From the NCBI GenBank assembly GCA_964562045.1, contig CAZLRR010000002.1:1-58414 (forward strand): a stretch of 58,414 bases of DNA, in the 5' to 3' direction. Made by a program: the position numbers and the translations under genes. Shown here one piece after another: positions 18,775-28,148 of the stretch. The notes under the pieces were generated by a model. That model made no database searches. It worked only from the letters and a program-made list of their open reading frames with translations, and was not told where the DNA came from. Position 1 is the stretch's first letter. Every line of letters begins with the position of its first letter. The DNA is from an uncultured Methanosarcinales archaeon. Lineage in GTDB: Archaea > Nanobdellota > Nanobdellia > Woesearchaeales > UBA583.

Positions 18775-19941
18775 ATGGCCGAATTTGAAGATGCAGCAAG
18801 AGAAAGTAGGCTTGGAGATGATCCTTTGTATAGTATTTCTTTTGAGAATGCTAGACTAGAAGAGGAAAATCGTAACCTGAAAAGAACAGTGCAATTCTAT
18901 CAAACAGAATTAGAAAAATTTAGAACTCCACCTTTTATAGTTTCTGAAATCATTTCAGTTCTTCCAGAAAAACGGGCAATTGTAAAGCTTCCTAACCAGA
19001 GTAATTTTTTAGTTCAAATTTCTGAAAATGTGAAAAAGAAAGTTAGGGCAGGAGACATGGTTTTAAATGAGCAAAAATCGCTTGTAATTATGGATAAAGT
19101 TGAATTGACTAAGAATTTCGCAGTAGAAAATTATTTGATTGTAGATAACAAAATTAAAATGTCTTGGAGCGATATTGGTGGTCTTGGAGAACAAGTTGAA
19201 AAAGTTAAAGAAGTTTTGGAACTTCCACTTAAAAATCCAGGTCTTTTCAAAGAAGTTGGAATCCAGCCTCCAAAAGGTGTACTTTTACACGGACCCCCAG
19301 GTACGGGTAAAACTATGATTGCAAAAGCTTTAGCTAAAGAGACTAAATCAACATTTATCGAATTAGTTGGTTCTGAACTTGTACAAAAATTCATTGGTGA
19401 AGGTGCAAAACTTGTTAAAGATTTATTTGAACTTGCAAGAAAGAAAGCCCCAACTATTATTTTCATTGATGAAATTGATGCAATTGCAGCTAAAAGAATT
19501 GAAACTGGAACTTCTGGCGAGAGAGAAGTACAGAGAACTTTCATGCAGCTTTTAGGAGAAATTGATGGTTTTGATCCGTTATCAGATGTAAAGATTATTG
19601 CAGCTACAAACAGACTTGATATTTTAGATGATGCAATTTTAAGGCCTGGAAGATTAGAGAGACATATTGAAATTTGTGCTCCTAATGCTGAAGGAAGGCT
19701 TGAAATTTTAAAAATTCACACTAAAAGTATGAAACTAGAAAAAGATGTAGATTTGAAGCAAATTTCAGAAATGACTGACAAATTTACTGGTGCTGAATTA
19801 AAAGCTCTAGCGACTGAGGCGGGATATTTCGCTATTCGAAAAAATAAGAAAATTGTAACACACCAAAATTTTGTTGATGCAATTTCTAAAGTAAAAGCAG
19901 AAGAAAAAAACTATGAAATGTTATCTCATAGTTTTAGCTAA
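18775..19941 (+). CDS. pan: Proteasome-activating nucleotidase (AAA+ ATPase)
   Basis: It has an N-terminal coiled coil, Walker A GPPGTGKT, Walker B IIFIDEIDA, and the second region of homology. Confidence 0.92.
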   Translation: MAEFEDAARESRLGDDPLYSISFENARLEEENRNLKRTVQFYQTELEKFRTPPFIVSEIISVLPEKRAIVKLPNQSNFLVQISENVKKKVRAGDMVLNEQKSLVIMDKVELTKNFAVENYLIVDNKIKMSWSDIGGLGEQVEKVKEVLELPLKNPGLFKEVGIQPPKGVLLHGPPGTGKTMIAKALAKETKSTFIELVGSELVQKFIGEGAKLVKDLFELARKKAPTIIFIDEIDAIAAKRIETGTSGEREVQRTFMQLLGEIDGFDPLSDVKIIAATNRLDILDDAILRPGRLERHIEICAPNAEGRLEILKIHTKSMKLEKDVDLKQISEMTDKFTGAELKALATEAGYFAIRKNKKIVTHQNFVDAISKVKAEEKNYEMLSHSFS

Positions 19942-19993
19942 TAATTCTTTTTAATAACAAAAATTTAAAAACTTAGTTTTCTTTTAGATTTAT

Positions 19994-20677
19994 ATGTTAA
20001 GCAAAAAAAGAAGGCTTTTACTTTTCATTGAAACGTTTTTAATATTCTTTGGTATACTTTTTACTGCTTTTTTTTTAAATGATGTTTTTGATTCACTTAG
20101 GTCCGACTATTTAGATAATGAACTTAAACAATTAGAATTAAGATTTGATTCTTTTACATCATATTCTCAGTTTTCAAGCGAGCTTAGTTGCCAGCAAAAA
20201 AAGAATTATTTGTTATCTTATTCTGAGGAACTTAAAGAAGTTGCAAATGACATTGGAAATTTCGGCCCACTTTTCTTAGTGCGAAATGACAAGCTATCAA
20301 AATTAAAACAAAGAGAGTTGTATTTACAAGAAATTAGATATTATAATCAGATTTTAAAATATAATAATGATTGTTCTGGGGACAAAATTGTTCCAGTTAT
20401 TTATTTTTTTAATGGAAAAGCTACAAGTTTTGATAAACAGGCAGTTATACTTGAAAATTTTGCAGAACAATATGAAAATGAAACAGTTGTATTGAATTTT
20501 GATTTTCATTATACAAAAGAACCCATTTTAGAGAGTATAAAAAAAGTTTATGGTGCCACTTTCTCCCCCTTTATAATTATTAATGGAAAAACTACAAGAG
20601 ATTTTGATACAGAAGAAGGTTTTGTTTCAAAAAACACGCTAGCGGTTGAACTTATGAGAGCAAGGGGTGGAATCTAG
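19994..20677 (+). CDS. Membrane-anchored protein with a thioredoxin-like C-terminal region that lacks CxxC. It is a paralog of 21947..22570.
   Basis: It has an N-terminal TM helix. Similarity to the downstream paralog is visible, e.g. VPVIYFFNG...VVLNFDFHY...SPFIIINGKT versus SVILFFFDE...VFAMDYNY...LPFMVLNFNQT. Confidence 0.55.
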   Translation: MLSKKRRLLLFIETFLIFFGILFTAFFLNDVFDSLRSDYLDNELKQLELRFDSFTSYSQFSSELSCQQKKNYLLSYSEELKEVANDIGNFGPLFLVRNDKLSKLKQRELYLQEIRYYNQILKYNNDCSGDKIVPVIYFFNGKATSFDKQAVILENFAEQYENETVVLNFDFHYTKEPILESIKKVYGATFSPFIIINGKTTRDFDTEEGFVSKNTLAVELMRARGGI

Positions 20678-20678
20678 G

Positions 20679-21944
20679 ATGGATACGATTATTTCTTATA
20701 CAACGATGTTTGTAATTTATTTTGGTTTGTTTTTTACGATTTTCTGGGTTCTTGTTTTATTTAATACCCCCGAATTCAAAAAGCCCAAAATTAAAAATTG
20801 GCCTTCAGTGTCTATTCTTGTTCCAGCCTATAATGAAGAAGATACAATAGAGAGAACTGTAAAATCTATTTTAAAGTCAAAATACAAAGGTAAGTTAGAA
20901 GTTTTAGTTATTAATGATGCTTCAAAAGATAAAACTGTTGAGGTTGCGTCTAAGTTTTTGCCAAAGATTAAAATTTTGGATTTTAAGAAAAATAGAGGTA
21001 AGGCGGGAGCGATGAATAAAGCCCTTAAAGAAGTTAAAACGGAATATGTTGCAGTAATTGATGCAGATTCTACAATAAGGCCGGATTCTGTTGAAAGAGC
21101 AATTGAGAGGTTTTATTATTCTCCAGAGGATGAGGAGATTGGGGCGGTGATGTGTAAAATGAGTCCAGAAAATCGTAATCTTAATCTTTTGGAAAGGGTT
21201 CAATTCCTTGAGTATATGATGGTAGGGCTTATGAGAAATTTACTCTCGTCAATTAGACTTCTTCAGATGACAAACGGAGGGAGTTTTTACAAGACAAAAG
21301 TTATAAGGGAAGTTGGAGGTTTTGATGATAAATGTCTTACTGAGGATTTTGAAATGGGAGTTAGGATTAGAAAAGCAGGATATTTAATTGGTTTTGCAAA
21401 AGATAGCATTTTACAAACTAAAACCCCAAATAATTTTGTGATTTATTTAAAGCAAAGAATTAGATGGTCAAGAGGTTTTATTCAAGTTCATCGAAAACAT
21501 AAAGATATTTTTTTTAATGTAAAACAAGGTTGGTTTGGTTGGTATCAGTTTCCAATGGACATACTGGGACCGCTTATTTATTTTCTTGGGATTTTTTCAA
21601 TTTCTTATAATGTCTATAAAAAAATTTATGAGTGGAGTTTTAAATTAATAAATAGTGGATTTGATTTTGCATCGATTTTTGATTATGGTTCTCTTACTCA
21701 ATTTATTTTAGGAATAAATGTTAGTTTGGATTTTGTTTTATTGTTTAATCTTTTGACATTTTTAGTTTTGTTTGTTGGATTTATGAGATTTTATAGGGAA
21801 AATTATTTTAAAGGGAGTTTTTTTAAAAAAGTTTTCGCATTTATTTTCTATATTATGGTGTATAATTACATTTATATATACATATGGATTAAATCTTTAT
21901 ATAAAGAGCTGAGCGGAGGAGGCTTTGATTGGGGAACAAAATAA
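20679..21944 (+). CDS. Processive family-2 glycosyltransferase (cellulose/chitin/PNAG-synthase-like) with a C-terminal TM domain
   Basis: The motifs VPAYNEE, INDASKD, VIDADS, TEDFEMG and QRIRWSRG (QxxRW) are all present. I placed the start at ATG 20679. Confidence 0.85.
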   Translation: MDTIISYTTMFVIYFGLFFTIFWVLVLFNTPEFKKPKIKNWPSVSILVPAYNEEDTIERTVKSILKSKYKGKLEVLVINDASKDKTVEVASKFLPKIKILDFKKNRGKAGAMNKALKEVKTEYVAVIDADSTIRPDSVERAIERFYYSPEDEEIGAVMCKMSPENRNLNLLERVQFLEYMMVGLMRNLLSSIRLLQMTNGGSFYKTKVIREVGGFDDKCLTEDFEMGVRIRKAGYLIGFAKDSILQTKTPNNFVIYLKQRIRWSRGFIQVHRKHKDIFFNVKQGWFGWYQFPMDILGPLIYFLGIFSISYNVYKKIYEWSFKLINSGFDFASIFDYGSLTQFILGINVSLDFVLLFNLLTFLVLFVGFMRFYRENYFKGSFFKKVFAFIFYIMVYNYIYIYIWIKSLYKELSGGGFDWGTK

Positions 21945-21946
21945 AA

Positions 21947-22570
21947 ATGGCGAAAAATAATAAAAAACTGACATTGATTTTTTCAATCTGTTTTATCTTT
22001 TTTGTTTTGGGATTTGCACTAGGTTGGCTTTATACTACAAGCGATAGCTTTAATTATGGAATTGAAATTCAGCAGGCAGAACTTGATTTGATTTCTTTTT
22101 CTCAAAGTTTAGAATTTTATAGTTTAATTAATTCGAGTGTTTGTGAAAATGGAATGCTTAGTGAATTGTCTAGAGATTTAGCTGCTTTAGGAAGAGAACT
22201 TGTAAAACTTGAAGAGAGTAATGACTTAGATTCGCAAACTTATGATTTTTTAAAACAGAAATATAACATTAATCAAGTAACTTTATATTCGCTTTTTTAT
22301 AGATATAGTCAAGAGTGTGAAAGTAACCAATCAGTTATTTTATTTTTTTTTGATGAGAGTGAAGAGTCAAGAAAACAAGGACTTGAACTTGATAAAATTG
22401 TGTCTGAGTATGATATGAAAGTTTTTGCGATGGATTATAATTATACTTCTTCGTTGAATTATTTTTATGATTTTTATGATGTTGAGAAACTTCCTTTTAT
22501 GGTTTTAAATTTTAATCAGACATTTGAGGAGTTTACTGAGAAAAAAGATTTGGAAGTTTTTTTAAAATGA
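21947..22570 (+). CDS. Membrane-anchored thioredoxin-like protein, paralog of 19994..20677
   Basis: It has an N-terminal TM helix and shares architecture with 19994..20677. The ATG at 21947 comes immediately after the GT2 stop. Confidence 0.55.
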   Translation: MAKNNKKLTLIFSICFIFFVLGFALGWLYTTSDSFNYGIEIQQAELDLISFSQSLEFYSLINSSVCENGMLSELSRDLAALGRELVKLEESNDLDSQTYDFLKQKYNINQVTLYSLFYRYSQECESNQSVILFFFDESEESRKQGLELDKIVSEYDMKVFAMDYNYTSSLNYFYDFYDVEKLPFMVLNFNQTFEEFTEKKDLEVFLK

Positions 22571-24222
22571 AAAGAATAGAGTTAAATGGGTTTCATCTAA
22601 TTTCTACCATTTTATTTTTTTTAGCAATTATTATATTTAAATTGTTTAATTCTAGTTATTTGTCTGTTAATTTGATTACTTCTTTTTATGAGCTAATTTC
22701 TATTTTATTTTTAATTTTAGTTATTGGCTTTATTTTGCCTAAGTTTTCTAAAACTAGATTTTTTATTGTTCTTACTCTTCAAGCTATATCATTTTTTTTA
22801 TATTTTATCCAGGGTTATTTTTTATCTGAAGCAGTTTATAGAAAAGACACATTAAAATTTCAAGATATAGAAGTTATGAAGTATTTTTTTCAGAATATTC
22901 TTCCTTTGAAAGTTTTAATCCTAATTATTTTTTTGATTGGTTTAATTTATTTTATTTCGTATTTTTTTCAAAATAGGAGTTTGTTTTTAAGTTATAAAGT
23001 TTCAATGATTTCCTTTCTTTTAATTGTCTTTTTCCTTTTTGTGGCACCATTATTTTCTTCAAATTTTACTAATCCGTATTATAATACTTTTATCAATAAT
23101 AATCAAGTTACGTTATTTTCTAAATTGAATTGGGAAGCTTCTTCAAATGTGAGTATTGAGTATGAGAATTTTTATTTTACTGGAAATAATTCCCAAGAGA
23201 ATTTTAGTTTAGATAAAGAAAAATATATTATTTTTATTCTTGAATCTGTGGATAATGAAGAATTTTATTCTGTTGAGAGTAAGTTAAATTTTGAGGAGAG
23301 TTTCTATAAACAGATAAAAAGTAATTCGAGGTTTTATGAAAATTATTATACTACAAATCAGGATAGCAAGACTTCGGTTATGTCGATTTTATCTTCTACT
23401 TTTATTCCTTACGAGGCTTATCGTCATGATTGGTTTGAAGTTTACGGAAAAGAAATTTATCAACAAGATAATCTGGTGAATTTTTTTAAGAGAAATAATT
23501 ATTCGACATATTATTTACATTCATCTACTCAGGTTCCAGAGTTTATTCCAGATTATGATTTTGAAACGGAGATATTAATTGATGAAGAGAGATATCAAAA
23601 TTATAAATCTAGTAAAGAAAATTTGTGTCTTGAAGTTGTATGGAATCAAAAAGGTTGTGAGGATAATGTTTTATTTGAGGAGTTAATTGAAGTTATTTCA
23701 AAAAATGAATCTCAGTTTATTGTTCAGGAGTTTGTTTTTGGACACGGAACTGAATATTACAAACAAAAAGATATGGATGGTTATGAGTATTATAATCAAT
23801 ATTTATTGAGATTTTATGATGAGCTCGAGAGGAGAGGAATTGAAGATAAAGTGAGAATTGCAGTAGTTTCAGATCATGGCTCAAGGCATTGGAATAATAT
23901 TAGGACAAAGAAAGGTTATAATGTCCCTTTAATTATATACGATGAAGATTTTCATGAAGAAAAGAATAATGATTTATACAATCATCAGGATTTCTCTGAG
24001 CTATTTCTAGGACTGAAAAAGAAACCAAGGGAAGAGATTTTTGTTGTTGGTCCTACCTCTAAAAATATATTGTTTTATTTAAATAAATCTGAGGAATATG
24101 CATTTTTTAATTTTAATCTTGAGCCACATATTTTTTTGAAAAGTAGTGATTTTGACAGAAACAATTCTCAGTCTATTTTTGATAAATTTATGAATTATAG
24201 GAGATTTTATTTTGGGCATTAA
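22567..24222 (+). CDS. Polytopic membrane protein with an extracytoplasmic alkaline-phosphatase-superfamily (LTA-synthase/sulfatase-like) domain
   Basis: About 5 N-terminal TM helices are followed by DSKTSVMS and a VSDHGS metal-site-like motif. It overlaps the upstream gene by ATGA. Confidence 0.5.
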   Translation: MKRIELNGFHLISTILFFLAIIIFKLFNSSYLSVNLITSFYELISILFLILVIGFILPKFSKTRFFIVLTLQAISFFLYFIQGYFLSEAVYRKDTLKFQDIEVMKYFFQNILPLKVLILIIFLIGLIYFISYFFQNRSLFLSYKVSMISFLLIVFFLFVAPLFSSNFTNPYYNTFINNNQVTLFSKLNWEASSNVSIEYENFYFTGNNSQENFSLDKEKYIIFILESVDNEEFYSVESKLNFEESFYKQIKSNSRFYENYYTTNQDSKTSVMSILSSTFIPYEAYRHDWFEVYGKEIYQQDNLVNFFKRNNYSTYYLHSSTQVPEFIPDYDFETEILIDEERYQNYKSSKENLCLEVVWNQKGCEDNVLFEELIEVISKNESQFIVQEFVFGHGTEYYKQKDMDGYEYYNQYLLRFYDELERRGIEDKVRIAVVSDHGSRHWNNIRTKKGYNVPLIIYDEDFHEEKNNDLYNHQDFSELFLGLKKKPREEIFVVGPTSKNILFYLNKSEEYAFFNFNLEPHIFLKSSDFDRNNSQSIFDKFMNYRRFYFGH

Positions 24223-24280
24223 TTTACTTAAATGCAGTCTTATACATTAGATTTTTAAATAAGTAACTTTTAGTTATTTT

Positions 24281-24399
24281 TGTCAGGTCGGCCATTGCCA
24301 AAATCTGGGGCTATATGATCAATATTACTTTGCGTGCCTTTGTGCACTCTCTGTGACTAAACAAGATTTTTATGTTTGATTTGTCCTAGATACCTGACA
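24281..24399 (+). ncRNA. Candidate small structured RNA (~119 nt) of unknown class
   Basis: An 8-bp terminal helix forms between tgtcaggt and acctgaca. A TATA-like tttaaataag lies about 20-25 nt upstream, and a T-run (tcttttttt) follows immediately. Local GC is clearly above the flanks, and there is no ORF. Confidence 0.4.
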
Positions 24400-24452
24400 T
24401 CTTTTTTTGAGTTGTAAGAAAACTTTTTAAAGCTTTGATTTTATGATTATGT

Positions 24453-25502
24453 ATGACACTTTCTACTGACACTCGGGTTTGGAAAATTCTTTTTTTAATA
24501 ACGATTATGTTGACTCTTGTTTTTGGTGTATTTTTTTATTTTAGAAATTTATTTATTATCTTTGTTGTTGGGTTTATTTTAATTCTTATTACTGAGAGAG
24601 TTATTAATTGGTATGAACTCAAGATTAAAAAAAAGTTTAAATTAAGGCACTGGCAAAGTAGTGGCATTGCATATCTTGCACTTTTCATCTTCTTTTTTAT
24701 TTTGTTCTATTTTTTGTTTTTATCTTTGGCAGAGATTAGTACGGTTTTTTCACAATTGAATCCAAGTAATCCTGTGGGCCAAGCATATATTGACAATTTT
24801 AAAGAAATTTTGCCCGAGAGAGTATCAAATATTTTAATTGAGGATTCTTTTTTAGTTGATTTACAGTTGTTTGTGTTTAATTTTTTTGCAAATTTTCTTC
24901 TTAATTTTTCGAAGATATTTTTTACGGCCCTTTTGGTTATACCTTTGATGTTTTTTGCATATTTTAACAGAAAGCAAAAAATTATGAATTTTATTTTTGA
25001 AGCAGTGCCAAAAAAATTCCATAGGGGTTTTTTGAGGTCTTCAGCAGAAATGGGTTCAAAACTTAAAGATTTTTTTACTGCAAAAATTATTGAGAGTTTG
25101 ATTGTGGCTTTAATTTGTAGTTTGGGGTTTATGTTTATTGGAATTAAAGGAGGATTGTTTTTAGGTATTCTTGCTGGATTTTTGAATATTATTCCTTATG
25201 TTGGCCCGATTATGGGTGCTATCCCCCCTTTAATTATTGGATTGATTTCTGGGCCAGAGGTTGGTTTGTATGTTTTAATTACAGTTTTGTTTGCTCAGCT
25301 TGTTGATAATTTTTACTTGATTCCTTTTATGATTTCGGATAAAGTTAAAATTGATCCTTTGCTTAGTATCGTTTTGATTTTAGTTGGGGCTCAATTGTTT
25401 GGGGTTTTTGGAATGGTTTTTGCATTACCTGTTTTTATAGTGTATAAGATTGTGCTAAAGGAAGCATATGAAGAACTTGTTGCAATTTATAATAAGAAAT
25501 AA
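24453..25502 (+). CDS. AI-2E family (PerM/UPF0118) transporter
   Basis: It has about 8 TM helices and the characteristic NIIPYVGPIMGAIPPLIIGL segment. Confidence 0.75.
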   Translation: MTLSTDTRVWKILFLITIMLTLVFGVFFYFRNLFIIFVVGFILILITERVINWYELKIKKKFKLRHWQSSGIAYLALFIFFFILFYFLFLSLAEISTVFSQLNPSNPVGQAYIDNFKEILPERVSNILIEDSFLVDLQLFVFNFFANFLLNFSKIFFTALLVIPLMFFAYFNRKQKIMNFIFEAVPKKFHRGFLRSSAEMGSKLKDFFTAKIIESLIVALICSLGFMFIGIKGGLFLGILAGFLNIIPYVGPIMGAIPPLIIGLISGPEVGLYVLITVLFAQLVDNFYLIPFMISDKVKIDPLLSIVLILVGAQLFGVFGMVFALPVFIVYKIVLKEAYEELVAIYNKK

Positions 25503-25519
25503 TTTATTTGTTTTATGTA

Positions 25520-27799
25520 TTATTTATTATCTTTGAATTTTCTGGCGAATCCTTTGAACCAGTCGCAAAATTCAGTATAAATTCTTTTTGAGTCAAGATA
25601 TCCATATTCGTTATTTATTTTTTCTGAGATTTTATGAAACATATCATTGGCTTCAATTACTGGCATGGCTTCGAGAATTTCTGGTACTTCATATTCTTCT
25701 GCAGCTTCAACTTGAAACTTTTTTATTTTTCCTCGCAGTTCAATATTATCCCAAATAGCATCCCAGTTTCCAACCCATTGTTTAACGTTTGCACCAATAG
25801 ATTTTAAGATTTCACTTTCTCCGTTTAGGAGTTCATCGGTTATTTCAAGTCTATCTTCTGAGGCATTATATTTGAAAAGGTCTGTGAAACCGCCTTCAAG
25901 CATGGGGTCATTTTCCCAGTTTTTCCCAACTTCTGTGATTCTAGTAATTCTTCTAACTCTATGAAGACCATCCGAGGATTTTACCGGATTTGCAATTATG
26001 ATTATGTCTGTTGCTTTAAAGGAGGTGTTTGGAACTTCTAAATCATTTACTAAACGATCATAAACTCCATATGGGGAGTCTCCATGGATGGTTCCTCCTA
26101 CAACATTTGCAAGGGCTCCAACTCTCATTGCTTCATAGAGTGCAAGTGCTTCTGTACTTCTAACTTCACCAACAATTAAACATGAATCTCCTAAACGAAG
26201 TGTTGAACGAATTCCCATGTCGGCAGACAATCCTTCTTTTGAAATTGAGAGGGCCGAACGAACACTCATAGGTTGAATGTTATATCCAAGGTCTGCAAGT
26301 TGAAGTGTTGGAAGTTCTAGGGTATCTTCAACAGTGATAAGTCTATATTTTCTCATTATTTCTACAATCATTGCAGTTAAAAATGATGATTTTCCACTCC
26401 CTCTAGTTCCAGCAATTAGAAAAGTTCTTGCACCATCAATTATGAAACTCAGAAGCCCAGCAGCTTCAGGAGTTAGCATATTATTTTTTATGAATAGGGG
26501 CAATGTCCAAGGTTTATCTCTATGTCTTCTAAATGAAAATCCGAGCCCATAGGGATTTAATGGTTTTCCAATGGTTGAGACTCTGGCTCTTGCAGCAGGA
26601 GTTTCAATTTCAGCATCAAGAATTGGGTTTGAAGCATCAAGAGGTTTTCCTGAATACATTCTAAGTCTGGATGCCCAACCTTCAACTTCGTCTTGTTCTG
26701 GAATGATATTTGTTTTACAATCTTCAAATTTTGAATGAGTTAAAAAAATTGGTGTTTTATTCGCTGGAGCATTTACAGAAATATCTTGTATGTTTTCATC
26801 TTGTAAAAGTGTTTCTATAAGCCCAAATCCTACCGTGTATCTGATTAGAACATTTGCTAGTTGCTCTACTTCTTTTTGATTTAGTTTTACGTTTTTAAAT
26901 TCTGCAATCTCTTCGATTAAATCTTTTGAGATGTTAAAAAAAACTTCACGCAGTCTTTGTGGTTCGATAAAATCGTTTGATTCAGGACTATGTTCAGAGA
27001 TTACTTCTTTTGCAAGACTTAAAATATTGTATTTTTCTTCAGAGAGTGTGAATTCAATAGGTGTTAAATGGTAAAGATTATTTGCTTCTTTGTCGAGCTC
27101 GAAAATTGTTACTTTTGCATCATCTAAATTATAACTGTCAAGTTCTCTTGCTTCGATTGGATATTGTCTTAGAAGTGAAGTGTAAATAAAATTTGGTTTG
27201 ATGTTTGGCGTGAAAAATTCTTGATATAATTTTCTGTCCCCAATTTTATGTCCTGAGAGTTTATCTTTCACAGATTTTATTATTGAAGTTGTTTCGAGTT
27301 TTGCAATCATGTAACTTAATGCTTTTTCATATTTATCATCAACTTCAATGCATTTGTTTGTGTGATAGGTTTTTTCAAATTTATAGTCACGTAATTTTCT
27401 GTGTAGTTTTACGTAAGTGCCTATTGGGTCTGAGGGTAAATCTTTAACAATTAGGTTTTGAAGGAAAGCATATCGATTGAAGAAAAGTTTCATACATTCA
27501 TCATTTTTGTCTGCAAGATTTCCAGTTGTGAATAAATCTTTTTGTTTGCTGAGCAGGTTATAAACTTCGGCAATTTCACGCAAAAGATGAATTTGATTAA
27601 AATCATATTCGTAATTTTTGTTATGAATAAAAATAATTTTTGTAACAGAGGGCACCTGAATTAGTTTTCTGATTGCATCTTGCATAACAAAGCCGCTGTC
27701 TTCAATTGAAGGGAAATTTTCTTTTCCAAGATAGTTGATTTTTAGAATAGATTCAACTCCGTGTTTTACAACTTCAAAATCTTTTTCTTTGGAAAACAT
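25520..27799 (-). CDS. Type II/IV secretion system ATPase (FlaI/VirB11/PilB family) with a long N-terminal extension
   Basis: It has Walker A GTRGSGKSS, a Walker B/Asp box CLIVGEVRS, and a His box region. It is 759 aa. Confidence 0.85.
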   Translation of the reverse strand: MFSKEKDFEVVKHGVESILKINYLGKENFPSIEDSGFVMQDAIRKLIQVPSVTKIIFIHNKNYEYDFNQIHLLREIAEVYNLLSKQKDLFTTGNLADKNDECMKLFFNRYAFLQNLIVKDLPSDPIGTYVKLHRKLRDYKFEKTYHTNKCIEVDDKYEKALSYMIAKLETTSIIKSVKDKLSGHKIGDRKLYQEFFTPNIKPNFIYTSLLRQYPIEARELDSYNLDDAKVTIFELDKEANNLYHLTPIEFTLSEEKYNILSLAKEVISEHSPESNDFIEPQRLREVFFNISKDLIEEIAEFKNVKLNQKEVEQLANVLIRYTVGFGLIETLLQDENIQDISVNAPANKTPIFLTHSKFEDCKTNIIPEQDEVEGWASRLRMYSGKPLDASNPILDAEIETPAARARVSTIGKPLNPYGLGFSFRRHRDKPWTLPLFIKNNMLTPEAAGLLSFIIDGARTFLIAGTRGSGKSSFLTAMIVEIMRKYRLITVEDTLELPTLQLADLGYNIQPMSVRSALSISKEGLSADMGIRSTLRLGDSCLIVGEVRSTEALALYEAMRVGALANVVGGTIHGDSPYGVYDRLVNDLEVPNTSFKATDIIIIANPVKSSDGLHRVRRITRITEVGKNWENDPMLEGGFTDLFKYNASEDRLEITDELLNGESEILKSIGANVKQWVGNWDAIWDNIELRGKIKKFQVEAAEEYEVPEILEAMPVIEANDMFHKISEKINNEYGYLDSKRIYTEFCDWFKGFARKFKDNK

Positions 27800-28084
27800 A
27801 TATATTTAATTTTTCTTTTCTTTATATTATCATTTCCCTACTGACAAGTGGAGTTTTTCAGTTTCCTCGTATTTCTATTAGTTAAAGGCTGTTTCTTGCA
27901 TTTTAGCAAAAGATTTATAAATGGTTTCTTACAGAATGGAGTAACGATGAAATAAAACCAAACACCTGGGTTTTATTGAGTTGAATTAGCTTAAAATTAC
28001 ACACTTACACTTTTGAGTTGGGCGTGATAACCCAATTCAATTTTTATGGATTGTTTTCATTTATGAAAGAAGACCAAAACATTT

Positions 28085-28148
28085 TTCTACTCAGTTCAGC
28101 ATTTCACAATAAAAATTCTACTCACTTCATTCGTTACATTTATAAATG
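28085..28148 (+). promoter_or_regulatory. radA upstream region: two direct 14-mers (ttctactcagttca, ttctactcacttca) followed by the TATA box tttataaat
   Basis: The 38-nt block 28111-28148 is shared (31 of 38 identical, same length) with 47493-47530 upstream of the DinD-like gene. Confidence 0.55.

Noticed and set aside
24281-24399. Calling the ~119-nt candidate RNA a 5S rRNA.
   Set aside because: Only the length, the terminal helix and a CGGCCAU-like 5' motif fit. The conserved loop C (CCGAAC...GAAGUUAAGC) and loop E features are absent, and helices II and III do not fold convincingly. I kept it as an unclassified ncRNA candidate.
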